Shown here: positions 22,885 through 35,546 of the stretch, piece by piece
Numbering within the stretch: the stretch's first letter is position 1
Layout: each line of letters starts with the position of its first letter
Source: Carcharhinus longimanus
Taxonomy: Eukaryota
Direction: 5' to 3'
NCBI GenBank assembly: GCA_030264375.1
Contig: JASCQW010000156.1
Location: forward strand, 14,140,214-14,204,213
Length of the DNA: 64,000 nucleotides
The notes under the pieces: generated by a model
Seen by the model: only the letters and a program-made list of their open reading frames with translations
Database searches by the model: none
Told to the model about the DNA's origin: nothing
Position numbers and translations under genes: made by a program

Positions 22885-23176
22885 AAAGAATCCTTACAGT
22901 GTAGAAGGAGTTAATTTGGCCGACTGATTCTGCACTAGCTCTCTGACAGAGTATCTTACTCAGGCCCTCTCCCCGCCCTATTACCACATATTTACCATAC
23001 TAACCCTTCTGACCTGCACATCTTTGGATTGGGGGAGGAAATTGGAGCAGCTGGAGAAAACCCATGCAGACACAGAGAGAACATGCAAATTCTACACAGT
23101 CACCCAAGGCTGGAATTGAACCCAGGTCCCTGGCACTGTGAGGCAACAGTACTAATCACTGTGCCACCATCCTGCT
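22885..23176 (-). mobile_element. HE1-type V-SINE, full length, inverted relative to 22483-22800
   Basis: Reverse complement of the head (gaattgaacccaggtccctggcactgtgaggc...ctgtgccacc) and of the tail (agaatccttacagtgtagaaggag). Confidence 0.9.
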
Positions 23177-26100
23177 CAAAGTCATACAACATTTCTTTGC
23201 GTTCACAATTCTTTGACTCTTGTATCTGCTTTACTCCAAAAAGTGTAATAAATAGTGAATATGACTGGGCAACCTGTACCAATGAGGCAGATACTAATAA
23301 CCCGATCCTTTTTAGGGATATTGTTGAGGGTGATGTAACAAGATATGAACCAATTATCTGTTGCATGTGTGCTCTTAAATTTTTTTTGCTTTGTTATTGA
23401 GACAGATTTTCTTCTGACTCTAGATTCTACTTAGCAATTTTGTTACCAGTTGATGGATTACTGATAAACTGAAAACATTGCACTGCATTTACTTCCTGTA
23501 CCGAAACATAAAGACATCTTGTAGATTTTTGTCACAGCTTTAGACAAACTACAGAAAAAGTAAACAACCATAGATTCGTTTAAAAAGAACTTGAAACAAA
23601 ATTAAAGATTTTTCTGCAGTACCTTGATTAAAAACGATATTGCCTTAAAAAAAATCTTCAAATATAGAAGGATAATGAAATATGATATAGTGTTCAGTTT
23701 TATAAAGTGTTTTATCTGATAGAGTTCATTGATGTAGCTGGGAAAAGCAGGAGGGGAGATTGATCATTGTCCTTCCTCTTCAGTGCAAAGGGTACAGCAT
23801 CTGTTTGCATTATTCATTATATTGAAATGTACACATCTTTGGCGTCTTCTCTTCCGTCTCTCCAGTCACACAGTCTGTGCTGTCTGACATTGGTCTAATC
23901 AAACCATGGTGATGAGGCTAGACACATGCAATATAATGCTGTGGTTATATTAAGACTTTGTTTTTTTGTAATCTAGTCTCAGTCGATTGAACAAACACAG
24001 ACAACGTAAGTCTATTTCTTAAAAATAAGAACGTTGAATGTTGTGAGTTAAATAGACACAGACACTTCAATAAAAAAAATGCTTAGTAGTTAAAGGTACT
24101 GGTGAAAATTTTAAATGCACTCAGGACAGCAGTATAATGAATGTCCAACTCACCCAGGAGCAGTGGTGAGAGGCCCAGCTGCTTTTAATGGCCAGTTCTC
24201 ATTAACATAAGATTCATTTGAATAAACTAGGAAGTTGACAGGAATCAGGAAGCCCGGAGGCTGCCCTCCAGGCCTTGGGCAAATGCAGAGACAGGAATTT
24301 GGGGCAGTCAGCAATTCAAAATGATTTGGGAGCCTGGGCATGCCTGTACCTCACTTGTGGTGCTCAGAGAAGCACTCCTGCTTCTTTAAGCCCAGCAAAA
24401 GGAAGTTTTAACCTACCTTACTAAACCTGTTCATTCGTCTCATCAGGTTCTTGACATTTGACATGGCTTGTAGGCTTTTTCAACTTGATATAATAGGACT
24501 TGCATAAATGTACATTTGAAGAAGAATGTACATTTGGAGCGTAAATATTTTGGATCCTCTGTCGATGGGAGATGGTTGTGGTACAAGTAGATTCAGGGTT
24601 ACAGAGAGCAAGTGATCACCAAGGACCAGAAGTGACAATTTCACTACCAGTGCATTGCCAGGTTTAACTAGCACTTGTGTGAATTACTACTGACAATTAT
24701 TTCTTGATCATCTATAATTGAATTTCCAGGCACCTTGTAGCTATTTTCTGAGTTGATTAAGCTCATGTAAATTACTTGTTCTGTTTCCCCACTCCATAAC
24801 TTTTGTAACAAAAATAATCGTGATTCAGAGGATCTATGATCTGTATTTTTGATTGTTTATCTTTCAAAATGTAAAATTCTGCAACCACTCTATCATAAGT
24901 TAAGTTTAATCAAAATTACTATTTTGCTTTTTAATTTTGCACAATTTGTGTATGTGTTGCAATTTTCACTCTCTCGCTTTGTTAAATATTAACAAAATGC
25001 AGATACTTATCTTTGTGTACTGTTAATAAAATTCAGTTTGTGAATACAGACTTTGCTTGTTTATTATATTGCACGTTATATCTTATTGGAAATATGGACT
25101 TCAAAAATACACGATTTACAAATTACATCACTCTTTCAAGCTAAACATAACAACACTTCAGTTGGCAAGAGCTGATATGGTAGACTGATGTAACGGAGAG
25201 TCCAGTATTGGTACTCCTTTTAAGAGGAGCAATTACTAGAAGGTGCTTTGTTTTTCGCTGTTTTCTTTTCTCTGGGCTTTCACCAAACCGTACAAAGCTC
25301 GCAGTAAATATAGATGAACTTAGGAAAGAAGAAAGTTCGTCATGACTGTCAACCTAAGCAAAGAGGGAGGATGGAATTATGAAAGCTCTCTGACAAAGAG
25401 TGCCCTTGTCCTGCTTTGAAACTGTATTTTCAAGACGTGCGGCAATGTCTAATTGGTGTAGCCCAGCTCAGCAATGAGGCCTCTGTCTGTTCAGGGTAAA
25501 AGTAATACTGTTGACAGCATAACAACTGGCCGTAGTCCAGAATCAGTTCTGGCCTTGGAAATGGGAGCACATTTTATCGCTTGATTTTCTGCTGCATCGT
25601 AGGTATTTGAGCCTTGCAAATGGCTTGTGATTATTCCTCAATGCCAAGTGGCTCCTAAAGTTCAAGTGTAGAACAGAATGTACAAAGCAACAATCAATAT
25701 ACTCGGTAATCACCCAATGTTGGGGGAAGAGGTGGTGGTGTTTTTTTAGGTTATAGTGAACTTTGTAACATGACCCTGCTGTTTATCAGTAATGTACTTG
25801 TAAACATTCCACAAATATGACAGAAAAATACAAATATATATTTTTTAACTGGCTAGAAAGTCTTGGGAAAATTAGAAATCTATATTCTAGTTTCTTGAGA
25901 AGTGGTAATTTTTTTATTATTACTGATGACTGTATGATATTTGTACAGTTTTAATTTTTCTTTATGCTTTGTGTATTTTGGCCAAGGATGTCACTTTTAG
26001 CAATCCACATATATAAATCCCCTTGGATTTTGCTGTTTAAGTGTAAACTAGAAAGGAGTGGGCATTCTGCAGAGGGTTTGACTGATGGCCACCATTTAAA

Positions 26101-26751
26101 AAAAACACCCATGCTTTTCAAAATGGTGGAGTGAATAAAGCTTAATATTGTGATTAAAAATACAACAAGCTTTACTCGCAAGCATCATTCAAAACATAAA
26201 TAAATAGTGGTTTTGAATAATGGCTGTTTTTTATTGAAGTATTTAGTCTAGAATAGCAATGGTTACTAAATAACAATTTTTAACATTTCATATTTTGTTT
26301 TTGTAACATTTGTTTTCTGTTGTTTAAAGTTTATATTAATAATAGATGCCAGAAAAAAAACATCCTGTACATCTTCTTTGAAATGCTCCGATTCCACTAT
26401 GTTTTTGCATTTGTTTGAGTTTATCACTTCCCCTTAAAGGAATTCTCCCTCCTATATTTTTAATACTACACCAACTGGATAAATACAAATCCAGTGACTG
26501 TGTAATTTCCAAAATCTTCTGGCGGTTTAAAGCTTAAGATCTAGAAAATAAATTCTTTAAAATTAAACATTGTACAATACTCTGAAATATCAATATGTGA
26601 AATTTATTTTTGTAAAATTGTTTTTACAATCCAAGTCTTAATCTCTTCTTCACAAAGGGATGTTTATGATCAGAAGGCTGGTTTCAGGGGTGTCAGATAA
26701 TGCTGCATGCTATATTAGAAACCATTTCTTATTAACAGCTTTGATTTCAAG

Positions 26752-27054
26752 AAGGCAGTATGGTGGCACAGTGATTAGCGCTGTGAGGCAGCAGTGCCAG
26801 GGACCTGGGTTTGATTCCTGGCTTGGGTCACTGTCTGTGTGGAGTTTGCACATTCTCCCCTTATCTGTGTGGGTTTCCTCCCATGCTCCAAAGATGTGCA
26901 GATTAAGTAGATGGGCCATGCTAAATTGTCCCTTAGTATGAGGAGGACTAGCCAGAGTAAATGCATATGATTATGGGGATAAGGCCTGAGTGGAATTCAC
27001 TCCGGTGTAGACTCGAGGCTGAATGGCCTCCTTCTGCACTGTAGGATTCTATGA
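26752..27054 (+). mobile_element. HE1-type V-SINE
   Basis: Head ggtggcacagtgattagcgctg, B box ggtttgattcc, tail ctgcactgtaggattctatga. Confidence 0.9.
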
Positions 27055-27329
27055 AGGTGTTTGACAGCACCCATCAGTCATTTTAGTATGTCGTAAGACA
27101 GTATGTCATCCCGTATATTAACATATTAAAAGCCTTATACCACAACATCAGCTGCTCTATCGAGACCAGCACTGGCTTCATAGGCTCCTTCAGCATCATT
27201 ACAGGAGGACAAATTATCCCCATTGTGTCTTGGTTAGTGACTTCATCATGAGGAAGACAATTATGAATGTAGACTTTTGTATTCTGTGGCAACACCACCA
27301 GTTGACAGACCTGCATTTCACTGATGACA

Positions 27330-28800
27330 TTCCCTTGCTGGCCAAAAATTGCACGCGTTTCTAACTTGTCCTCCAGTCTTGAGTAATGGCACCAAAGTTG
27401 GTGTATGCGTCAGCTGCGACAAGGCAATGGTGACTGGATGGCAAAAAGGCTTTGCTGTCGCCATCAGGCAACAAAATATTGAGGACATCAACCTACCCAG
27501 GAAGGGTGATGTAGAGATAAACATCCACACAAGAATCAGCAAAGCAGCATCACTCTCTCACTGTCCGTGCATTCAACACCATCAACATGGCCGTGAGGTT
27601 GCAGCTCCACAGATGAAATTCTCCCACTTGGGACTAATTCCTCTGGCAGGTGGTGGGAACAGAGTGTGTTTTCCTCTGTGAAGTCTAGCAGGCAGCCTCT
27701 CTCATCTTCCACCCCTGACCTAATTTTCTACACACCTAGGTGTTTAACACTGAACTCCATTGTGGGACAGGCATAAATAGCATGTCTGTTATCATATATA
27801 GTGTTGCATTAAAAAGACGCCTAACATCATTGACCATTATTGAAGAATGAAGATGTACCTCCAAGAACACTGAGGCTGGAAGAATCTGAAGGATCCACTT
27901 GTAGATGCTCCCCTCCCACATTGCTATGGTGATCCATGGACAAGGGTTGCTGCTGGCATCCATCCTGAACTCTGGATGCAACCCCAGTCCTCCTTTTGGA
28001 TAAGTCTCATCTTCTGCTCACTGCAAAAATGTGTTCTGGACCAGTATATTTTCACACTGGCTTTGTGGAGAATTGGACGTGTGCGGAAGATTGTGGTCAG
28101 TCCTTCATCTGCGTCCCATTAACAGGATGCAAATCCGTTTCACGCTGGCCTCTGGTNNNNNNNNNNNNNNNNNNNNNNNNNNNNNNNNNNNNNNNNNNNN
28201 NNNNNNNNNNNNNNNNNNNNNNNNNNNNNNNNNNNNNNNNNNNNNNNNNNNNNNNNATTGGGTACCGGCAATACATGCTGGCATAAGAATGATCTCTGGA
28301 AACCCACCAAAATCCCCCCCAACACACACGCGCGCACACACAGCCAATTGAAGCCACTGCCAGGTCATGGGAGAATTCCGCTCTACATGTCCATTACAAT
28401 GCCAACTGAAGCCCATGCTTGCGCAACATGGAAGAGAAACAGCAAAAGTTTCAAGTAAGTTGGACATCTTTCACTAGTGCTGTCTGCGAAAGGTGGAGAG
28501 ACAGAATTGCCAACAAAAGTTCCACAGAGCACTGGCCAGAGACGCCTTTTGGACATTGGTGAGACAACAGAAGTTCACTGGACATTTATTTTTCAACCCA
28601 AATACCCAGAGTGGTAATAGAGTTTACACTACCATATGGAAGAGGAAGATGGGGCTAGTCAAAGATGATCTGGCAAAGTACATTCAAGGAGTATCTTCAA
28701 GAGCTGGACATTGCCTACGCTAGAATGAAAGGGATTGTAATGGACTGCTGTTGGAGCCTTGCTCTCCACTGTCCCGCATGGGACCAGAGGAATTTAGAAC
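27330..28800 (+). mobile_element. Highly decayed RTE-like LINE remnant, interrupted by other repeats and a gap
   Basis: DVEINIHTRISKAAS-like peptide at ~27500-27560 and RTE-like 3' pieces at 28400-28790. Confidence 0.4.
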
Positions 28801-29431
28801 TTAAACAATCATAAAATTACAGTAGACTTGGTCTGAGTGCTCAGTCTACGTGGTCATGGTGCCTTTACTACATATCATGTGCAGGAAGTCATGGATGATG
28901 ACAAACCAATCAGGCTTCTATCCCATGGGAACTAAAAGGTCAACCATCCATTAGCTTTCAGTGGAGATTTAAGTCTTCAGAGATCAAAGATATGTGTCAG
29001 GGTTGGAAACCCAAGTCTTTAATTAAATTACTTTCCAATGCCAAAAGCAAAACTCCTAAAGGACTTTGTGAATGATGTTATTCCATTTGTGATTTTTAAA
29101 AAAAATTATTGCATTCCTTTTCAAGGCTCCAAACAAAAATGCAGGGAACAATACTCTATTAGATTGCGAGTATTAAATTAGGATTGCCAGAGAAGTGCTG
29201 TGTTTTAAGGGCTGCATCAACAGCCTGTAAATAGTCTTCCTACAATCTTGAAGGATGCTGCACAGAATAATTTGATCTTATATTTTTAAGAGCTATTCAC
29301 AAATACAGAGGGGCAAAAACCAGTGTTATCAGTATGGTTGACATAGCTGAGCCATTTTTACAGGGACCTGCTGCCTAGTGAGTGCCTGTTTCAGGTGCTA
29401 AGTCTCTTTAAATGTGCAACTCTTTATAATT

Positions 29432-29630
29432 AGAACATAAGAACATAAGAAATAGGAGCAGGAGTAGGCCATCTGGCCCTTCGAGCCTGCCCCGCCATTC
29501 AATNNNNNNNNNNNNNNNNNNNNNNNNNNNNNNNNNNNNNNNNNNNNNNNNNNNNNNNNNNNNNNNNNNNNNNNNNNNNNNNNNNNNNNNNNNNNNNNNN
29601 NNNCTTGAGGCTGTGCCCCCTAGTCCTACT
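29432..29630 (-). mobile_element. Young CR1 (HER1-like) LINE 3' end spanning a gap
   Basis: (agaacata)2 tail followed by aataggagcaggagtaggccatctggcccttcgagcctgccccgccattcaat; nearly identical to copies at 31861 and 34945. Confidence 0.85.
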
Positions 29631-30719
29631 AATTGGATGATATACATAGGATTTGCCATTTTAGGACTGAACGAATCAAGAGTACTGTTTTTAGTTTTAC
29701 TGCCAGTAAGTCAGAGGCCTCAGCAAACTAAGTTTTAAACTATTTTTGTTGTGGCTGAGAGGAAAGGAATGTTCTTTGTCCTACAAAAATTAGATGGGCT
29801 GCCGCCACCCCACATTGCCCTCCCACAACTCCTTTCAAAAACTCACTCTAGCTGCTGACTGGGTAGCCTCCACACTGCTTGTTGTTATATTGGTCATCCG
29901 CCCATAAGTTAAACTATAGTACAAAGTACTTTGGAGTATCACTGAGAAAAAAGATGTGAGTTTTGTTAAATCAATTTTTTTGCATGCATTTGTTCAGAGG
30001 GAATGGTGGATGAAGGGGATCATAGTCTGCACAAATTGCAACATACCAGCATGTGACAATTTCAGTGAACCAACTGGTCTTTCCTGGTTATTAATGTTCA
30101 TGTTTGTACGGCTGTAATGTAATAGTCTTCTGATAATTGCTACCTAGATTCACCCATGCAGAATGGCCACATGGATGAGGTACTAAAAAAAATTATGAAT
30201 ACTCACGTAGCCTGTATGTCAACATCTTAGAACATAGGAAAATGTGTTGAAATGAAATGGGGAAAGAAAATGAAATGCTGTGAGAGAATAAGAGAAAATT
30301 GGTTAAAAAAAGCTTTCAATGTATCCATTCAGGAGCCTCCTTTCAAGACTAATTTAAATTCATTCAGATTTAATCTGTCTCAGGATGTTAGACAATGAAG
30401 ATTTCCTAGCCTGATAAAGATGGTAATGAACATTGTCTGCAAGTGCATAAGATCTATTGTTATATGTTTCCACATGTAAATGTTTCTCCTTTTTTTTATT
30501 GCATTGGTCAATTTGGACTAAAGATTTTGCATACAGGCAGTGAGGCATATAATGGCTTTAGTTTTCACTTGAGGCACAATCAGCAATCTGTGCAAATTAT
30601 GCTCAGAATTGAGCTAGTTTTTAGGTATTTTTTCCCCATCGTGTTTTCATTCAAATTCATTTGCATATTGTCAAACATGAAATCTGCCATTGATCAGTAC
30701 AGTTGAGCAGCACTATTGA

Positions 30720-32700
30720 ACAGTTATGGGCTGAGAAGGCCTGACTGGGATCTGCACCATTTCACCATGGGGCAGCAGTCTGGGCTGGCTGGCTGATGAG
30801 CAATCGCAAAATGGACTGACAGGACTGTGAAGAGGGATACTATCTTCTGAGAGAGGACAGACAAGACAGCAGGTTCATGCTCCATGGAGCCTCTGCAATT
30901 TCCATGGGCGAATGCCTCAGGAATCCTAGTAATTTGTTGGAAGACAGACTGGTGAACTGCTTGGATACCCTGCAAAAGCACCTTTTGCACAGTGTATTCT
31001 ACAACTGTAATGGCAGCAGCCTGAGTTTGCGCAACAGCAGACTGAACTTGCTTGCCAGCAATCTGAACACATACTGCAGTACTCACATGTTAGGTGATTG
31101 CTGCTTGTGCTGCAATAGAATCTGCAATTAATAGCCTTAATCCGCTGATTATATTGGATCTATAAGTATGCAAACAAAGTTGGTGAGCATTTCCACGCAG
31201 GACAGGATGGCGTCCAAGCTGTGTGAAAATCCCTGTACCAAGTTGATGCTGGCCTCCTTGATACTCCTGGACATTAATCACAGGCTTTTGGCAGGCTTCC
31301 CAATTCACCAAGTATTTTGTTGTGCGTACCCATCAGCTGCTCTCTGTAGGCTTCCCCATTGAAGTGCTCACCTGAGCACTTGTAGCATTCCAGTCCTCCA
31401 GTGATAATCCTGTCTCTATGTTGTCCTCAAAATTACAGTGTCAGTATCTGAGCTGGTGGCTGCAAGTGTAAATTGATTGTAGTGCGTCCTCATCACTGCT
31501 TTGTTGCCTGGCCAGGCTGCATTTCTTGGGAATCTGGAAGGAGAAAGGCAAGAGGGTATGTTTGTGGCATGAGGAGGGAAGCTGAAGTAAAAGATCTGTG
31601 CTAACACCATGTAGTCCTCGTCAGATGAGAGGCAGTGAGAAGCTGGATTAGATTTGAGAATACCTATATCTTTGGTTTCAGCCCTGCCACTGTTCAGTCT
31701 CAGCAATGGGCAATCTCATAAGTACCATCTCTACCATGGGGTTAGGACATGCCAGGCACACACACCTCTATCTGGGTTAGCTCCTCTTGCTCAAGGTTGT
31801 GTGCTATCTCATTCTGTAAGAAAGAGGGAGTGTGTTAGTGAGTCAGCAGTTTTTGTTCAAGAACGTAAGAACATAAGAAATAGGAGTAGGCCATCTAAAC
31901 CTTCGAGCCTGCCCCGCCATTCAATAAGATCATGGCTGATCTGAAGTGGATCAGTTCCACTTTCCCGCTTTCTCCNNNNNNNNNNNNNNNNNNNNNNNNN
32001 NNNNNNNNNNNNNNNNNNNNNNNNNGCCTCCACCACTTCAACGGGCAGAGAATTCCAGAGATTCACCACCCTTTGAGTGAAGAAGTTCCTCCTCAACTCC
32101 TTTCTAAACTGCACCCCCCTTATTTTGAGACTGTGCCCTCTAGTTCTGTTTTCCTTTCTAAGCGGAAAGAATCTCTCTACCCCTACCTTAGGTGATGTGG
32201 CTGTCATGGTTGAATAGCCGGCAGTGTGTGCAATGTGAGAGAAGTGGGTATGAGGTTTTCTGAGTGCTAATCATGTGAACATACAGTGAAGTATATAAAT
32301 GTTGGGTGTGAGACCTGATGGAAATTGTTGGTAGGTGAGTGATGAGGGTGTGGTGAATTGTGCAGTGTCTGAAGACAGTGGTGTACCTGGCTTGACCACT
32401 TGTGCGGTCATTAAATTTTTTGTGCCATTACATTAGGTCCTCAGAGCTTCATTTCTGGCATTGACCTTCCGGAGCTGCCTGCTCTTGATGCCTTCTGAGC
32501 GTGTGTCTGGAAGCCTTCTGGCTCCCTGTGCCTACAGGACACCTTTTTCTCTTTTCCACCTCCACCACCAAGGTATCTAGAGCAGGGTCTGAAAACTTTA
32601 GAGCTCTGAATCCCAACCTCAACCACTTGAGGTTTTCATGAAACTGGCTGGGGGTGTGTGGGGCAGTGCAGGGCATTGATGAACTCACTCACTTGTGGTG
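30720..32700 (-). mobile_element. PIF/Harbinger transposon remnant (Myb/SANT-like ORF), interrupted by a CR1
   Basis: Minus strand 32390-32610 encodes RALKFSDPALDTLVVEVEKRK...RHTLRRHQEQ and, after a frameshift, KKFND, i.e. a Myb_DNA-bind_5-type domain. The extent towards 30720 is inferred from continued GC-rich coding-like decay. Confidence 0.55.
31861..32190 (-). mobile_element. Young CR1 LINE 3' fragment
   Basis: ORF 31857-32207 RTRGHSLKIRG..FRKELRRNFFTQRVVNLWNSLP plus tail aacataagaaatagg. Confidence 0.9.
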
Positions 32701-33119
32701 GGTTGGAACTTCAAACATTATAATGAGGCAGTGAATTTTAGTACACAATTTTTAATTTGTCTCTGGACAGAACCTGTCTGCTAAACCCAGGGAAGGAGTG
32801 TTGGACCCTGGAGGTAAGTAGCTTTGATTCAGCAAGAGATGAAATGTCCTTGTCTGGTTTAAAAAAAAATCCCCCCCCCCCCCCGAACAATTTTGTGTTA
32901 TGGGCTGGTGTCTGGTAGACATTGTGATGATACTACTTTTTTCAGATTATTTCGTTTTTGGGCCTTTGTGGCAGGCAACAGGAAACTCATATGTTTTGGG
33001 TGGATTCAAGCCTGGATCTTAAGAGTTGTGAAAGCAACAACACTCGTATCTCGTCATTTAGTCTCTCAGTCTCTAATAGTAAAAGAGAATGCTGTTAATT
33101 TCAGAATTAATGTTTAAGT

Positions 33120-33905
33120 GAGAAAAGTGTCACTGAAAGCTAACATGCAGGTAAAGCAAGCAATTAATAAGGCAAATTGTATGTTGGCCTTTATTACAAA
33201 AGGATTTTAGTACAGCAGTAANNNNNNNNNNNNNNNNNNNNNNNNNNNNNNNNNNNNNNNNNNNNNNNNNNNNNNNNNNNNNNNNNNNNNNNNNNNNNNN
33301 NNNNNNNNNNNNNNNNNNNNNNNNNNNNNNNNNNNNNNNNNNNNNNNNNNNNNNNNNNNNNNNNNNNNNNNNNNNNNNNNNNNNNNNNNNNNNNNNNNNN
33401 NNNNNNNNNNNNNNNNNNNNNNNNNNNAGACCTCCCTACTTTTATATTCAATCCCCCTCGCTATGAAGGCCAGCATCCCATTCGCCTTCCTGACCACCTG
33501 CTGTGGGGTTTTTTTGGCCTCGCTTGTCCTGAAACCATAAAATCCCGCCTGAGGTTAATGTACCGTTCCATGGTCTGCCCCTCACTTGCTCCAATTCCCC
33601 TGGAAGGCAGGATGGTAAAATTCCGGCCACAGTCTCAGAACAAGCGATAAGTGATCTAGGACTGAGATGAGGAATTTTTTTCACTGGCAGTGAATCTTTG
33701 GAATTCTCTGCCACAGAGAGTTGTGGATGCTCAAGTTATTGAGTATACTGACGACTGAGATCAATAGATTTCTACATGTTAAAAATGTGAAGGGATACTG
33801 GGATAGTGCAGGAAAATGATACTGAAGTGAATCAGTCATAATCTCATTGAATAACAGAAGATTTGAAGGGCTGAATGGTCTATTCCTGCTCCTATTTCTT
33901 ATATT
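33120..33905. mobile_element. Cluster of CR1 fragments (+ 33120-33221, - 33428-33500, + 33630-33905) with a MITE-like piece
   Basis: KANCMLAFITKG (+), VRKANGMLAFIARGIEYKSREV (-), and CR1 3' tail ...cctgctcctatttcttat (+). Confidence 0.75.
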
Positions 33906-34232
33906 TACCTACAAATAATTTGTCTCCCTTCTTTGAGCTTTGTGTTAGCTGTATAAACAGAAGTATATATATTTTCAGAACTCTGTCACAAAGATTGATA
34001 TGATTAATTTTACAGGACTGGCTGTCATAAGATTTCAGTTGTAACTTAGTCACAGTAAAGCAGTTTTCTAATAAGAGTTTACGATGGGCAGAACATTTTT
34101 GAGAAATTCTTGATGACCATGATTACTGAAGGTGTCTCAGAATATATATTTTCAGTTTTTTAAATATGAAAACATTGTAAGCAATCCAACAATTAAATCA
34201 CAGCACAGATATTTTAAATAACTTTTCTTTTG

Positions 34233-34543
34233 TAGAATCCCTACAGTACAGAAGGAGGCCATTTGGCCCATTGACCCTCTGACAGATCTTACCCAGGCAC
34301 ATATCCCTGTAATGCTGTACCATGGCTAATCCACCTAACCTACACATTTTGGGACACCTTTTACATGATCAATCCACCCTAATCTGCGCATCTTTGGAAG
34401 TGTGGGAGGAAATTGGAGTACCCAGAAGAAATCCATGCAGATACCAGGAGAAAGTCCATCTGCACACAGACAGTCACCTAAAGGCCAGAATGGAATCAGG
34501 GTCCCTGGCGCAGTGAGGAAGCAGTGCTAACCACTATGCAGCC
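34233..34543 (-). mobile_element. HE1-type V-SINE
   Basis: tagaatccctacagtacagaaggaggcc ... gtgaggaagcagtgctaaccact. Confidence 0.85.
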
Positions 34544-34765
34544 TTGTACCATTATTCTTTTACTCTTGTTCCCCCACCCCCACCCCACGTTGTTTTATCC
34601 TCAAATACTGTATATCATCTTGACTGTAACCTTCGTTTTGTTTTTTATTGGTCCTGTTGGTGTCATCCTGATGCCTTTTCTACAGTTCAGTGATTCTAAA
34701 ACTGAGAGGCTTGATTTTTTTTTCTTCATCTGATTTCCAAGGTTGGAATCAGTTACACTGCTAGT

Positions 34766-35015
34766 TTAATAGAGGGGAGTACGGTAGGATGAGAGAAGAA
34801 TTGGCGAATGTGGACTGGGGGAGTGCATTGGAGGGAGGGTCTGCNNNNNNNNNNNNNNNNNNNNNNNNNNNNNNNNNNNNNNNNNNNNNNNNNNNNNNNN
34901 NNNNNNNNNNNNNNNNNNNNNNNNNNNNNNNNNNNNNNNNNNNNTTATTGAATGGCGGGGCAGGCTCGAAGGGCCAGATGGCCTACTCCTGCTCCTATTT
35001 CTTATGTTCTTATGT
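34766..35015 (+). mobile_element. Young CR1 LINE mostly hidden in gap 34845-34944
   Basis: Left flank encodes NRGEYGRMREELANVDWGSALEG (CR1 ORF2, between EN and RT); right flank is the 3' tail ending (ttcttatg)2. Confidence 0.8.
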
Positions 35016-35214
35016 ACTGCTGGTAACATGTATGATAGAAAAAGACTTTATCCCCATCCCAATCCCAAATCTTTGTTTTTTTTCCAACTCCTTCGCCCTC
35101 TCCTGGAGGTGCTATAATATGCTGGATGGTATGTGACACAGGCGTTTGAAGCAGTTTGCCTTCTTGTCCAAATGTCCATTCCTTCTGTGAGCCTAGAAGG
35201 AGAATGGACGTGAG

Positions 35215-35546
35215 TGACACTCTGGAACAGCGGTTAGCACTGCTGCCTCGCAGCTCCAGGTTCTGCTTTTGATTCCTGGTTTGGGTCACTGTCTGTGTGG
35301 AATTTGCACATTCTCTTTGTGTCTTCATGGGTTTGCTCTGGTTTTCTCCCACAGTCCAAAGATGTGTGGGTTGGGTTGATTGGCCTTGGAAAATTGCTCC
35401 TTCATGTCCCGGGATGCATAGGTTAGAAAGATTAGCGGGGTAAATATGGGGATTACTGATGTAGGGCCTGGGTGGAATTGTTGTCGGTGCAGACTTGACG
35501 GGTTGAATGGCCTCCTTCTGTACTGTAGATTTCTATGATTCTGTGA
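35215..35546 (+). mobile_element. HE1-type V-SINE
   Basis: gcggttagcactgctgcctc ... ctgtagatttctatgattctgtga. Confidence 0.9.

Noticed and set aside
25495-25525. TAATACTG resembling the miR-200b/429 5' end
   Set aside because: The rest of the mature sequence does not match and no precursor hairpin is evident.
27996-28467. ORFs spanning N-runs (also 33194-33497, 34766-35136, 45362-45808)
   Set aside because: Lengths are artefacts of assembly gaps.
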